56,641 nt of DNA from Guillardia theta CCMP2712 (taxonomy: Eukaryota > Protista > Cryptophyta), in assembly GCF_000315625.1 (NCBI RefSeq), contig NW_005434546.1, forward strand, positions 45,943-102,583. Reading direction: 5' to 3'. Of this stretch, positions 23,768-35,516 are shown piece after piece. Below the pieces are notes generated by a model that worked only from the letters and a program-made list of their open reading frames with translations, was not told the origin of the DNA and searched no databases. The position numbers and the translations under genes are program-made. Each line of letters begins with the position of its first letter. Within the stretch, counting starts at the first letter, position 1.

Positions 23768-25493
23768 ATGGCGGCGGCGGTGAGGGCGATGGCGATGGAA
23801 CTTGGAGACTCGTGACTCAGTGAGGAGTTGACAGTCGGCAGTGAACTGCTGTGCAGCAATCATTGAAGCGGCGACCGGCGACCGTCGACAGAGTCTCAAC
23901 TGACTCAGTGAGCCGCGCCAGTGAAAGCCTGTGACGGTGATCGGACTGCACGACGGCGGGAGCAATGTCGAACTGGAAGGAGCAGGTGGATGGGAGCAGT
24001 TCTCGCCCACTGTACAGGTGTTCATGATGAGCTTCAGCCTGGATAGGTTGTGCGATGACCCTCTGACTGTCTTGATGCCGCAGGTATACAAACAGGCCCC
24101 TGTCATCATCACTGACGACAGACTCGATCGACGGATCGAAACCTCGAAAGCTGTGAGATGCTATCGCTGCGAACGCCCTTGCGAACAAAGAGACCTGATG
24201 AGCCCCCGTAAGGTTCCGATTCCCGATCAGAAGCAACATGAGCGGAGACACAACGATGATCGACGGGGCCAGGCCCAAGACAGCCAAGGAGATCAACAAG
24301 CCTGAGGTCAGCAGTTTGCAAGCTTCGCCGCTCCCGCTCGCTCCTCCCCTGATATGGTTGCAACAGTTGTGGATGAACAGGTCACTTGAGACCCACGACA
24401 TCGAAGGATGTTGTACTGGAACTGGTGGGGATATCTGCACTTTCCACCGGTGACTAGCTCCCTCATTCAGCCTGCAGCTTAACTAAAATCCTTGCAAGGT
24501 CTACCAATGTTGCGCAGAATATGGGCACGCTGACAACAGCAAGCTCAAGGTCTACCAACCCCCTGAGGCCGCACTATCCCATGCCAAGCTCCCATGGTGG
24601 TGAGACATTGCAATGTATGTGAAAAGTTATGTTGACAGAGATTGGGCAGGGCTGGACAGGAGCAGCAAGTTTGAAGAGCTCGGCAAGAAGTGCGAGAGGC
24701 GAACAAAACTGCTGGCGACCTTGGCGGCAGAAGCCGATGATAAGGGAAGGAGGAAGCAACGGCCTCCAATCGCTCGTCACTTCCAAGATGTGAAGATCGT
24801 GGACGACAGGCATGCAAAGAAACGGATGATAATGAGAACAAGGGACTGGCTTGATAGTTCTGGACTTGATCCCTTGGAGCTCAGCGGAGGTTTGAGGCTT
24901 TATGGTGTCAGACCCACACGGTTTGTTAGGGAAGGGAATGCCCCCCTCTCTCCCAAGTGAGTCGTTCGTTTCTTTCATAGACAAATGAGGAAGCGAGAAT
25001 GTGACAAGTCTTCCTGTCGGCTTGACAGGTACAAAGTGTCTCAAGGTTTCGACTTTGTCCCCTCAATTCTTGAAGTTGGCCGGAGAAAGAATTTAGCTTT
25101 CGGTCCCAGCATCAGCCGCTATGTACGCTGTTTCACTATCGTGGTAGATGATTCAAGGGCCGAGGAGCGCAGCATCGAGTACATCGGAGAAGTTGAATAC
25201 TCCAAGGCAGGCTTAAGCGGAACATCACTGCCGCATGTAAAGTCAAGCCATCATCATTTTGCTCTTTGGCTGATTCCTGTTTCTGCCAGGCATACTCGCG
25301 AACAAGAGCGAAGCTGAGCGAGGCATTGGAGCGCAGACAGGAGGAGATTAAGCGAGAGGCACAAAGGCCCAAGACAGCCTCGACTCTCGAGAGCAGCGGG
25401 GAGAGGGCCGAGCCCTCGACATGCCTTGAGTTGGAACCCGCGGCTGAGATGATGGAGGATAATCAGCAGGTGGAAGTGCTCGCAAGCTTGTAG
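23768..25493 (+). CDS. Hypothetical multi-exon protein
   Basis: Collinear plus-strand ORFs (23931-24305, 24613-24960, 25097-25236, 25290-25493) with plausible short introns; no recognisable domain. Confidence 0.5.
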
Positions 25494-25529
25494 CAATTCC
25501 TCGACCCTGAGAATTCTAGCAGGACGAGG

Positions 25530-26150
25530 TCAAGTCTGCAGACTGGGCGCACAAGCAGGAGGAAGCATTAGATAAGACTTTCCTGCCGCCAAGGCCTCAA
25601 AGTCGCGCCCTACTTCAGCACGTCGCATGGGAGCCGTCGGAATCGACAATCGTTGCCGACAAACTCTCGAGGTGAGGGGCTGCCAGTCATACTCCTCCCT
25701 CCTCTCTTCCTCGTCCCCGTCTGACCCCTCGTTCAAGGCCTGCCTCCTGTGAGCCGTCGCTGCGCAGCAGCATTGCACCGCGAAAGCAGCAGGGCATGAA
25801 GACAGGGGAGCAGCTGGATGCCTCGTACAGCACCTCCCGCACTTTGAGCAAGAACGACCAGTGGAAGACTGAGCCGCACCTAGCAGGTCTCGGCAGCTAC
25901 TCCGAGTCTGCCCCTTCCTCTGACTCGCCTGCCTGCCCTTCCAGGGATACGTGAGCATCGTCGTCCTGTGATGTCTTACCTGGCATCTTCGACTCGTCAG
26001 CAGCACTGGAAGGCAGCTGTGGCAAGGCACGCAGCTGCCAGCGTCGAGGATTTTGCACAGAGGACCATCATCCAGGACGTGCGAGCGCTGAGCTGACTGA
26101 CGCTACTTGAATGAAACAGCAGGTGAGATCGGCGGAGCACCAGACATCTC
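25530..26150 (-). CDS. Possible short hypothetical gene or gene fragment
   Basis: Coding-like segments with GT-AG boundaries (e.g. CAG|GTAAGA near 25980), but I could not assemble a clean frame. Confidence 0.25.
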
Positions 26151-26169
26151 CTTCAGTGACTCCGACTAG

Positions 26170-27130
26170 CAATCACAGCGGCCCGGCTGAGTCACGCGGC
26201 GAGGCCCGGGCTGCGACTCGAAATCCGATTGAATGATTGGGTCATCCGATGATCGCCGGAAGGATGGCGGCCGCTGGCGGTCTTTTTAGTACCAACAACG
26301 CGCTATATTATGTCTTTCTCTCAGTAATGATTGTTGAACCGTTGAGACTCGGGGACCCTCGGATGATGTATGCGGCACTGCGGCAACCGCACTCAGCCCG
26401 CCGGGACCGTGACTCCCTCGGGCCCCCACCTCCGCCGCACGGGCCGCGGCCTGGCCGCCGCGCCTTCAGACGGTCGGCGGCTTTTACTCACGCCGTATAC
26501 CGAGCCTAGTACCGTTCAACCGGCAACGGTTAACATTGAACGGTACGGTCCGTCCGTCAGGCTTCTTGGCGGCCGCCGCTGTCACGAAGTTTACTCACTA
26601 CCGGGCGGGCGGCCCGGCGCGCCCACCCGGCATTCCGAAGTTCGGTTGGCCGCGCCGCCGCGGGGGCTGAGTCACCCGCGGAGTGAGAGTCAAACTTGAT
26701 CAAAACTTCAAGTTCGGAACTTCGGAACGGTTTCCGAGTTTCAACCGTGAACGGTCCGCGCTTTTGGAACGGTTGAACCGTAACGGACGTCGGGTACCGT
26801 GCGGTAACAAAGGGCCAGACGTGGCCCTGAGAGTCACAACTGATTGAGTCATGGGACCATCAGGCATGTTGCCAACTTTGCTGACTGACTCCTACTAGGC
26901 TAGCGGCCGTAGTAGGCTAAAGGTCGGACCGGTCCCCCCCCCGCCCGCCCCCCCCCGGCGGCCCAGTCACGCCGATGATACGTATCGGCAAAATGACGGC
27001 CACTTTACAACGCAGCCGATGACTCGGGGGTACGCGACTGATCTGAGGGCAGCTTTTCGAGTTCCGAAGCCTTGGGACCACCGGGTTCTACCCGGGCCCT
27101 GGGCGTGCAAGGGCCGAGGGGGTCACAGTC
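26170..27130. other. GC-rich micro-palindrome island upstream of RWP-RK gene 1
   Basis: GGACCGGTCC, CGGTTGAACCG, AACTTCAAGTT and a TTCGGAAC duplication, among others. Confidence 0.8.
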
Positions 27131-27972
27131 AAGACGTTGCGAGTTGGCTCATACCCAGATCGTCCTAGTCGGAGTCAGGAGACCAGTTTTACTCCAAGTT
27201 GCCCAGGAGCAAACTAGCGCTTGTGCCCCCCGCATGCCACCTCGTACCCATCCGATGCGTTGCGATTAAGAGATGTCGGTAGCGTGCATTGGTTTATCTG
27301 GCCCTTTGCCCCGATCTATCTCCGTGTCAGCAACCTTTTTTTTCGGAGCGTCCGTGTATGGCCCATGGCGTGACTGGCAGTCGATCATGTTTCTTGTATT
27401 ATCGAAATATATCTTTTTCGTTGATACAGGTCACAGGATCATGTTGTAAAAAAACATATAAAGGGGTTTGGGTCACGGGAAGAACATCGCCGGTATTCTA
27501 GACCACAAAACGGATGGATTCACTCAAGTTTGAACGGGTCGATGACCGTAGGTAGAGATATTCTCTCAAAGGACCCAAAAGTGCAACGCTCTGCTTTGGA
27601 GGAGATACAACATTACAAGTATATCTAGCTCAAAAACAAGTCGATTCGACATTCGGTAAAGAGCGACCTTTACCTATCGTGTAGTAATCACTCAAGGTCG
27701 CATGTTGATGACGTGCGACCAATCAATGGTTTTGTCTGGAAACCGCGACGCTTCATCGATCTTCATCCGCTGCCTCCGCCCCCCCCTCCCCACCCTATAT
27801 CATCGTCGGTTCCCACTCCTTCACACAGCAACCCACGCACACCTTTTCCTCCTCCCTTTCGATCAAAGAACAAACAACCAGAAGTATCTACTTTGCTCCA
27901 CTCATCAGTTTACCCTTCCTCACCAACCTTTGCCTCATACATTTCTTTGCCCCTCTTCTACAAGTCAATCAA

Positions 27973-28666
27973 ATGACATCCTTCCCCCTTTTCTCCTGTG
28001 GATCATGCGAGTTCGCTTCGTTCCCTCTTGAAGTCCACGCACCCCAAGATCTTCCAGACGAGGCATGCTGGGAGTCGCTCCCCCAGCTTGATGAGTTCGA
28101 AAGCTCTCAGGTAGACCCTTTCCTGGAGCTGGTCGACCAAGAATCGCTACCCCCACTTTACGAGGACGACTGGTTCATGCAGGCGTTCCCAGGAGACAAC
28201 TTTTCCTCTGCCGTATCCGACACGACATCGGTCAGTGCATCTCCTGCAGAGCCTCTCAGCCCCGCGCTCGAGGAGGAGACATCAGCATGCTCCGAGTCAG
28301 CCCACCCAGCACAGAAGGAGTCTTCATGCAAGACCGTGTTGATCAACGCCAGGAAGGGTGGAGAGAACAACAACGGGCAGCTCGTGAGGATAACCATCGA
28401 GGATCTCCAGAAGCACTTCCATGAGAGCATGGAGACCGCGGCATCCCACCTGGTAAGACTTACCTGATTAGCGATCGCCACCCTTGCTGACAAGCTCTGC
28501 TCAGGGTATCGGAAGATCAACCATGAAGCATGTGTGCAGAAGGCTCGGTGTTCCAAAGTGGCCGTACACAAACAAGGGAAAGAAGAGGAGGACCAACAAC
28601 GCATCCTATGTGGACCGGAGCTTTCTCAGCAGCTACCGGGTCAACATGTGCTACAACGCCTACTGA
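27973..28666 (+). CDS. RWP-RK domain transcription factor (gene 1), intron 28453-28504
   Basis: ITIEDLQKHFHESMETAASHL|GIGRSTMKHVCRRLGVPKWPY. Confidence 0.92.
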
Positions 28667-28763
28667 GCGCTCGGCCGCCCCGGGAAGTGTGAAGATGTGA
28701 ACAGAGTGATGAGAGTGAAGTGTCAAGTTTATGCTTGTAGTGTATTAAAGATTGTATGATAGT

Positions 28764-31548
28764 CTACCTCTTGAAGTAATGGTCTCCCTTGTTGCCTGCT
28801 CCACGGGGGTTCACGTCCTTGTAGTCGTCCCAAGAAGATTTCTTCCTCCTCTCACGCTCCTCCTTCTGCTGTACAGGTCATCTTGGAACCAGGCTCAAAG
28901 GACCTCACCTCCTCTTCTGTCAATCTTGACTCCTCCTCATCCATTTCCTCCTTTCTCTTGGCCTTGATGAGAACAAGTTCAGAAAGCAAGGCACTTCTTA
29001 GAATTCGACACAACCTGCTGCTCCTGCTGCTCCTTCATTCGCTGCATTTCAATCTCTCCCCACTCCTATGATCAACGTCAACACCTCGATGCAGGAAGGC
29101 GCACGAGCTTTGCCTGGACTGTCATTGTGGCAGGGTTCGGGTTGCAGAAGACATTCTGTGGAGAATGTGGGGAGAAGACAAGATTAGTTTGGAGTAAGAT
29201 TAGTTTAGAGTCCTGGAACCTGCCGAATTGCCTCACGTTTCTCGTATTCACTCCCAACAACGGGGACCTTGCAGAGTCAAATTGAGTTAGACTGAGACTA
29301 AGAAAGAAAGATGGAGAAAGAAGGCGGGGAGAGGAGAGGGGAGATGGGCAGGGGGGGGAGTGGGGAAGGGATAGAGAGAGAGAGAAGGGGGGAGAAAGGG
29401 GGATTGGGATTGGAAGGGGGAGGGGTTGAGAAGGAGGGACGTTGACACATCAAAAGCAAATCAAAGCAGCGGACAAGAACGAGTAGAGAGGAAAGAGGAT
29501 CAGATATCACCCTTCCTGCGCGCAAGAGCTTCTCGCTCCCCGCAGTCTGTTGGACCATTTGAGTGCAAGTCGAGAGGGAAACAAGCAGCAAACGTTTTCT
29601 TTCTTGGGAATATGAACAGTCTTGATCTTCCCAGCATCCTTTGAATTTGCGGGGCGAGCGACTGGCGGTCCTGGAACGGAAGCGGCTGAGAAGGAGGGGA
29701 GAGGAGGAGGAGGAGAAAGAGCGGCGGGGAGAGGGGTGACGGGGGCGGAAAGGACACGGTGGGGAAGAACCTGTAGGATTGGGCATTGAAGAACGAAAAC
29801 CTAGAAGTTCTTTCTCCTAGAGAAAGTCGTGTCACTACGCCAGGGGCTGGGGAAGGAGAGCAAGGAAGCGAAGGACAGTACTGACTTGCTCGAACAACGA
29901 GATCTCGTTCATCGACTTCAATATCGCCTGAGGAAGCATTGAAGTCAGTTCTCATAAATGCTGCTCGCAGCTGGATACTTCACCTCCTCCACTTCCAACA
30001 ACAGCCTCTCCCTGTTGAGCTCCACGTCTACCGTATCGCTCTCATTCTTCATTTGCGTCTGAGGAAGCGACTCCAGCTTCTCCCGTAGCTCCTTCTCCCT
30101 CCGGTGCCGCGCTATTCTCTCAGCTCGGAGGTGGTTTGCGTCCGCAGGAGGAGACTTGACATCGTCAATGATGCGCCTGCAGCACCACCCAATCACCCCT
30201 TATCCCTTCTCCTCCCTCCCCTCCTCCCGCTCCTCTTCCTTTGCCCCCTTTCTCCTCGTCCCCTCCTCCTTCTCCTCCTCCTCAGTCTCCACCTGCAACC
30301 GGAGACAAAAGTAGGGTCCTGAAGGACCTCAAGGTCCGTGCAAAGCTTGAGGAACCTCCTTATCGTCTCGCATGACTTGTCGAGGCTGCAGACGGGCAAG
30401 CGATGCGGCAGGGGACGAAAGTGTCAGGAGAGGACGGAGCACAACTCAGGCAGCAGCTGAAGAGGAGACAGCACCGATCTCGACGGATCGACAAGTCACT
30501 GCAGTTGGCAAGCAGCATGGCATGGAAGTATGGGATCATCAGGAATCTCATGTCTGCAGTCCAGGTCGAGATCAGCACAAGAAGCGGAAGCGGTGAGATG
30601 GAGGAGGAGGAGGAGGAGAAGATCACCTGGTGTGTTCACATCCTGGATGGTCTCATTCTCTGAGAAGATCCCTGCCCTCTCCAGCACGTCCATGGCTCGG
30701 CTGCGGAAAGTAAGAGCAAGTGGCTCCTAGGATCAAACGAGACCTCGAGTAAAACAGAGCTCTTTCTATCACCTCCTCCTTCTCTTTCGGGCTGCAGTCC
30801 TGACAACAAACGTCAGCCTTACGAAGCACAACCCCTTTCTGCCTCCTCCTGGGACCTGACTGCGCTGATACAGGGCCTGCACAAGGGTGAAAAGGCTGAG
30901 TTGACCTCTCAATCATACGAAGGAAATGCTACCTGTACTTTGGCGAAGAGCGAAGAGAGAGACAGGCTGTCCACTTCTTCGGCCTCTTCCTGCCACGAAT
31001 CTTCAGAAGTTCACAACTATGTTTCACTTACATACATCTGTGACCGGTTTCCTCTCTACTGTGACCGCCTCCTGACGCGATCTGGAAAGATTGATCAGGG
31101 ATTATGAACAAATGGGCAGAGTCCTACTGCGTTTGCTTCGAAGGCGTCGCCTTGCCTTGGGAGGAAGCAGACGTAGCATCCACATGCTGGTGGAAATGAT
31201 TCATTGTGAGCTCGACACCTCAATCTGGAGGAAATGTGGCGCTGCTATGTTCACCTTACTTCTTCCTTGTGGTTGATCCATACGCTCTTCATCGCTATCA
31301 TGGAGAAGTTCGTCGAGGGCCTGCACCGTAGCCAATGAGCCATCGCTTCCTTCTAATCGGCATATCCTTCTCTCTTCTTCTAGATCTCTTTCATCCGCTC
31401 CCTCTCCTCCCTCTTTACCTTGTCGCTCCACTTGCTGTAATCTACCATGAGAGGCGGCGAAATTCTTTTGTGAGTACAGCCGAGGCGAGCTTGCAATCCT
31501 GGGGCCTTCTAGTGTGGAAAATGTAAACATTTGGAATTTTTCTATCAT
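28764..31548 (-). CDS. TAP42: TAP42/IGBP1 (alpha4) PP2A-family regulatory subunit, many exons, start uncertain
   Basis: SLSSLFAKVQ; GIFSENETIQDVNT|DMRFLMIPYFHAMLL; RAERIARHRREKELREKL; REAIRQ|NVFCNPNPATMTV; C-terminal KKSSWDDYKDVNPRGAGNK. Confidence 0.85.
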
Positions 31549-31603
31549 GATTTGAAATTTTCACCGAAACATTTCGAAACCATCTTCAAGGATGTGATCG
31601 ACC

Positions 31604-32187
31604 ATGGAGAGGGAGCACATCTGCTTTGAGATCGCGGGGAAGCCAGGGATGGTCTTTGTGGGCTTGTTGATGAGCTGCAACAGAGAGGAGTTTGAGATAG
31701 TCAGTTTGTGTATGAGGGAGTTCTTCTCTCTGGCTTCTGCCGCTGAGTATGGTTTGGCACCGATGGTGGAACCTGTCAGCGTACCGTTCTTTTGTATGTA
31801 CACTCCGCACAGGGATATCTTTGGAGCCATGCAGGATCTGAAGAGATTCTTCGACAGGAGGTTCGATGAAGTCCATAGCAAGATCGATCCATCGATTGAG
31901 AAGCTGGATCTCCTGCTGACTCATCTCAACACCAATCATGTCAAGTGATTTTGGGGCTTGGAGCCTGGTATGTTCTACTCTGAAGAGTGGCCACACCCTG
32001 CAAGGCAAATCTACTCCCTCTCTCTTCCTGCAGCCACCCCTCCGTTCTGAGGTCCAAGGGACCGAGTGTGGAGGGTTCAGTTCATTCTGCATGCCCCCAG
32101 GCTCAAGTGGGCATCCCGTACATCTCTTGTGCAGAGGACAGCCCTGCGAACGGTATAAGGCGCTCGATGGATATCATGATGGGCTGA
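31604..32187 (+). CDS. Hypothetical protein (two exons)
   Basis: ORF 31604-31948 plus 32033-32187; divergent from TAP42 with a very short intergenic gap; no domain recognised. Confidence 0.4.
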
Positions 32188-32461
32188 AAAACCACATCAG
32201 TGACACTGAATCAACTTGACAATGTATTAGTAACGTTAATAGAATAGAATACAATGAATCTACATGGCAATGTGTTAGTCTCGCATGCGAGCTTGTGTGG
32301 TGTTGTGAGCTGAAGTTGCTTGTGCTGTGAAGAGGCTCATCTTCCTCCCGGCCTACTGGCTGGGGACTAAGTCGTATTGATAGGTGATGTCGCCAGGAAG
32401 AAGGGTGCCATCATACGCAGTTTCTACCTTCTGAGAACCAAGGGTGAGAAAACGGCAGTGG

Positions 32462-33202
32462 CTAGTCATAATCAGCATGCACCTGTTCAAGGTGCGACCC
32501 GAGCCTCCTCTTCTTGCCCTTGTGTGTGTACGGCCACTTCGGAATACCGAAAGTACGGCAAATCGTTTTCATGGTCGACTTCCCAATACCCTGTGGATCC
32601 TTGTTAGAGATCGCGTATTAAAGAACAATGACGCTCACCATCTCGCTCGCCGCAGCTTCAAGGCTGAGATGAAATCTCTCTTCGAGCATTTGCAGGGTTA
32701 TCTCGATAGTTTGAGTCGAGAACCCTCGCCGTGCATGCACAATGTAGCTATTCGGAGAACTGGAGCTGCTTGAGAACTTTGCTTCTGAGGGAGTATTCGC
32801 TGGTTCGAGGTTGTGGAATTCAGATTTATGGCACTTGCTCGCAACGTTATTTTCCTCTGGCAGAGGTTCAGACAGTGAACGCCTTCGTTTTCCAAGTTCA
32901 ATTTCCTGGCTGATGCTTGCAAGGTCCGGGTTTTCATCTGGGTTATCATATATCATGGCTATCTTCCTCTCAAATTCCTTGATATCTTGAACCGGGTCCA
33001 AAATAGTTGAGGAAAGCTGCAGCGACTTGAGCGATTGCTTCATGCACCCTTCGAAATCGAACGATTGATCTTCTGAATTCTCGCAAATCGGCCACATGCT
33101 GGTTGGGAAACCAAGATCGATCATGAAGGTGTCATCTAGATCTTCCAAAACATTTCCCTCCCTATCTGTCATAATGCTGTTCTGCACATCTACTACCACC
33201 AT
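32462..33202 (-). CDS. RWP-RK domain transcription factor (gene 2), one intron at about 32594-32638
   Basis: IEITLQMLEERFHLSLEAAASEM|GIGKSTMKTICRTFGIPKWPYTHKGKKRR. Confidence 0.92.
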
Positions 33203-34334
33203 AGCGTGGTTCTGAGAGATCGTCCTCGGCGGGTCTCCCCGACAGGTCCTTTTGTTTCCCCAGGGGTAGGAATCTTTCTAGATCTTTCGGAAGAGTACGG
33301 AAATAGAAAAACATGCAACGTTTGGCTCACAAAGGAGGGTTGCTGACATTCCAGTACATTGCGCCCCTGGGAATCCGGCGCCAGAAGCTTCGAAAGTGAG
33401 GTTGTTCTCAAAAAACAAAAACATCTAGACCAGTCGGACGAAGATCTCGAATATGAGATCGGTATCTCCTTTGAGATCGTTTAAACAAAGGGGTGGCTGT
33501 AGCTAGGACTGCAAAGATCAACTCTAGGGTCACCAATGAGCGTAGATTTTATAGCTGCGATAATAAGAAACGATGTATGGGATCGAAAGTGAGATCATAC
33601 AGAAATGAATTGAGTTCAGAAGGGTGGGTACTTGTCGGAGATCGAGTAAAGAGGAGGCTGGGTTCTCACGCAGTCGAATAGGTGGTTATGGGTCGCATCG
33701 GAGTCGGTGAGGGTGGGGTTGCAAAGGGGGACTGTAGTGGGATGTGCATTATCACTCGAGATCACATTCGATAATTCTTGCCAGCCAGAAGGCTACTGTG
33801 CTTCGCTTGTTGATCCTGAAGAAAGGACATAACGCCAGGGGGTGGGATCAAGGGATCGGGGGGTGGGGTAGTCAAGAATCGATGACATGCTTAAGGGTAT
33901 CTCGTAAGATCTCCTGAATGATCTCCTAAGAAGAGATTGGTTTTTTGGGAAGGGTTGCCACAGTTGTGGTCATAAAGATAGGGTGGTGGTGGAGGGGTGG
34001 TAGGGTGGTGATGAAGCCTTTGCAAACCGGGTGTTACCGTGTACAAAAGGAGGGTTGTTAAGAGGAAGAAGGTTAGATACACCATTCTACCCCCTTCTAG
34101 TTGGTCGCTTGACCCCCTTCGATGCTTCTCTGTTCTTCGCATGGCCCCCTCTGCGACGCTTCGAAGCCTTCGGGAATCCTTTCGATTGTTTCCCTGTCAG
34201 CTCAATAAGAGAGTCGGTTGAGCTTACAAGAGGAGATTGAGGGGAGATTGTTTTTAAAATGTTTTTTGAACCCGTTGTAAGGAGTTAAAACCAGGACCCC
34301 CTCCTAACGGCTACTACGGATAGAATTAGTTACA

Positions 34335-35450
34335 TTCCGGGCCGCCGGGCCGCCGGGCGGCCGGGCGGCGGGCCGGCGCCGGGCCGTCGTGATCATCGGA
34401 CTGGGCCCCGGCCCAGTGCGTGCCGCACTCAGGGCCGGTCGCAGTGGTTCTGGTAGACTCGGCACTGACTGCGGCAAGCCTGAGATCCAGGAGGTAGAAT
34501 CAGCCTGAGATCAAGGTGGTACTGAACTTCCGGAAATGATCCGATTGTGAACAGTGACAGCCTGGAAGCCCCCAGTGACATTCGCTGACTCTCAGTGAGA
34601 GAGGCTTGGCCGGTCAGAACTTCGGAAAGGATGAAGCAGCTTGGAAGAAGGGTAAATCTGCTTCAGAAAGAGAAACTGCAGGCTTCTCCGGAAACAGAGC
34701 AGCGTACGGTAGCCAATGAGCCGCACGGACTTGGATAAAGTCCGGGTCGGATCACGGCCGCCAGCCTCGGCCGCCGGGAATCCGAATGGCAAGCCTACGG
34801 GCGAGTGACTCAGTGCCGCAAGTTGGGCCGGCCCCGGGAGGCTTCAAGCAGTTCTATGACCGTGAACACTGTGATTGAAGCCTAGTGCCACGCCGGGGCC
34901 ACTTCCCGGACGCAGTCACTGCGGCGGGAGTCGATCCATCATCCGATCATGACTGTGCTTCAAGGCGGCTTGGTCCGCTTCAATGCTTGGTCCAAGCCTT
35001 GAAGTGGCCCGCCGGAGAGCTAAATTCTTCTCTCAGTGACTGTCAGTAAGCCTGAACCGTTGAACTTACCATGCAGGCCCGGTACTCACCAACCCGGTCC
35101 ATGATTCAACGGCGGCGGATATGAGCCCCCGGCCGGGCCCGGCGGCGCGGCCGCGAGTTACATACTCAGTGAGCGACACACTGTCGGTCAGTCACTCCGA
35201 TTGTTCGCGGCGCCCGGGGCCCGGCGCCCGGGGCCGCCGGCCCACCATGTTCAGTCACTGACGATAGCCCTTGCAAGGGCCTGAGACCGTATTGATAAGA
35301 ACCTTTTTCAAAGATCAGGTCCGGCCGCGAAGTGTTGGTAGGCTGCTCCGGACTCCGGGCTCGGGCGATTCAACTTGACAGTGACTTGATTCCCGGGCCC
35401 ACTCACTGTGAGGGAACCCCGGGAGATCCTAGGTAAAAACAAGTCCGCCT
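34335..35450. other. GC-rich micro-palindrome island between divergent genes
   Basis: CCGGGCCG tandem copies, GCTTGG-T-CCAAGC, a CGCCCGGGGCC duplication and many TGACTCA/ACTCAGT words. Confidence 0.8.
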
Positions 35451-35516
35451 CAGGATGAGCTCAATAGTCCAAGTCAGGGGCAGTTCAAGGTGTGCGTAAC
35501 TGATGAATCAGACAGT

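Noticed and set aside
25207-25289. Second GC-AG intron
   Set aside because: A canonical GT donor at 25237 gives the same frame and a typical 53-bp intron.
31586-32092. Minus-strand 168-aa ORF as a gene or TAP42 exon
   Set aside because: It overlaps a more natural-looking plus-strand ORF and has no TAP42 motif; the strand cannot be settled without transcripts.
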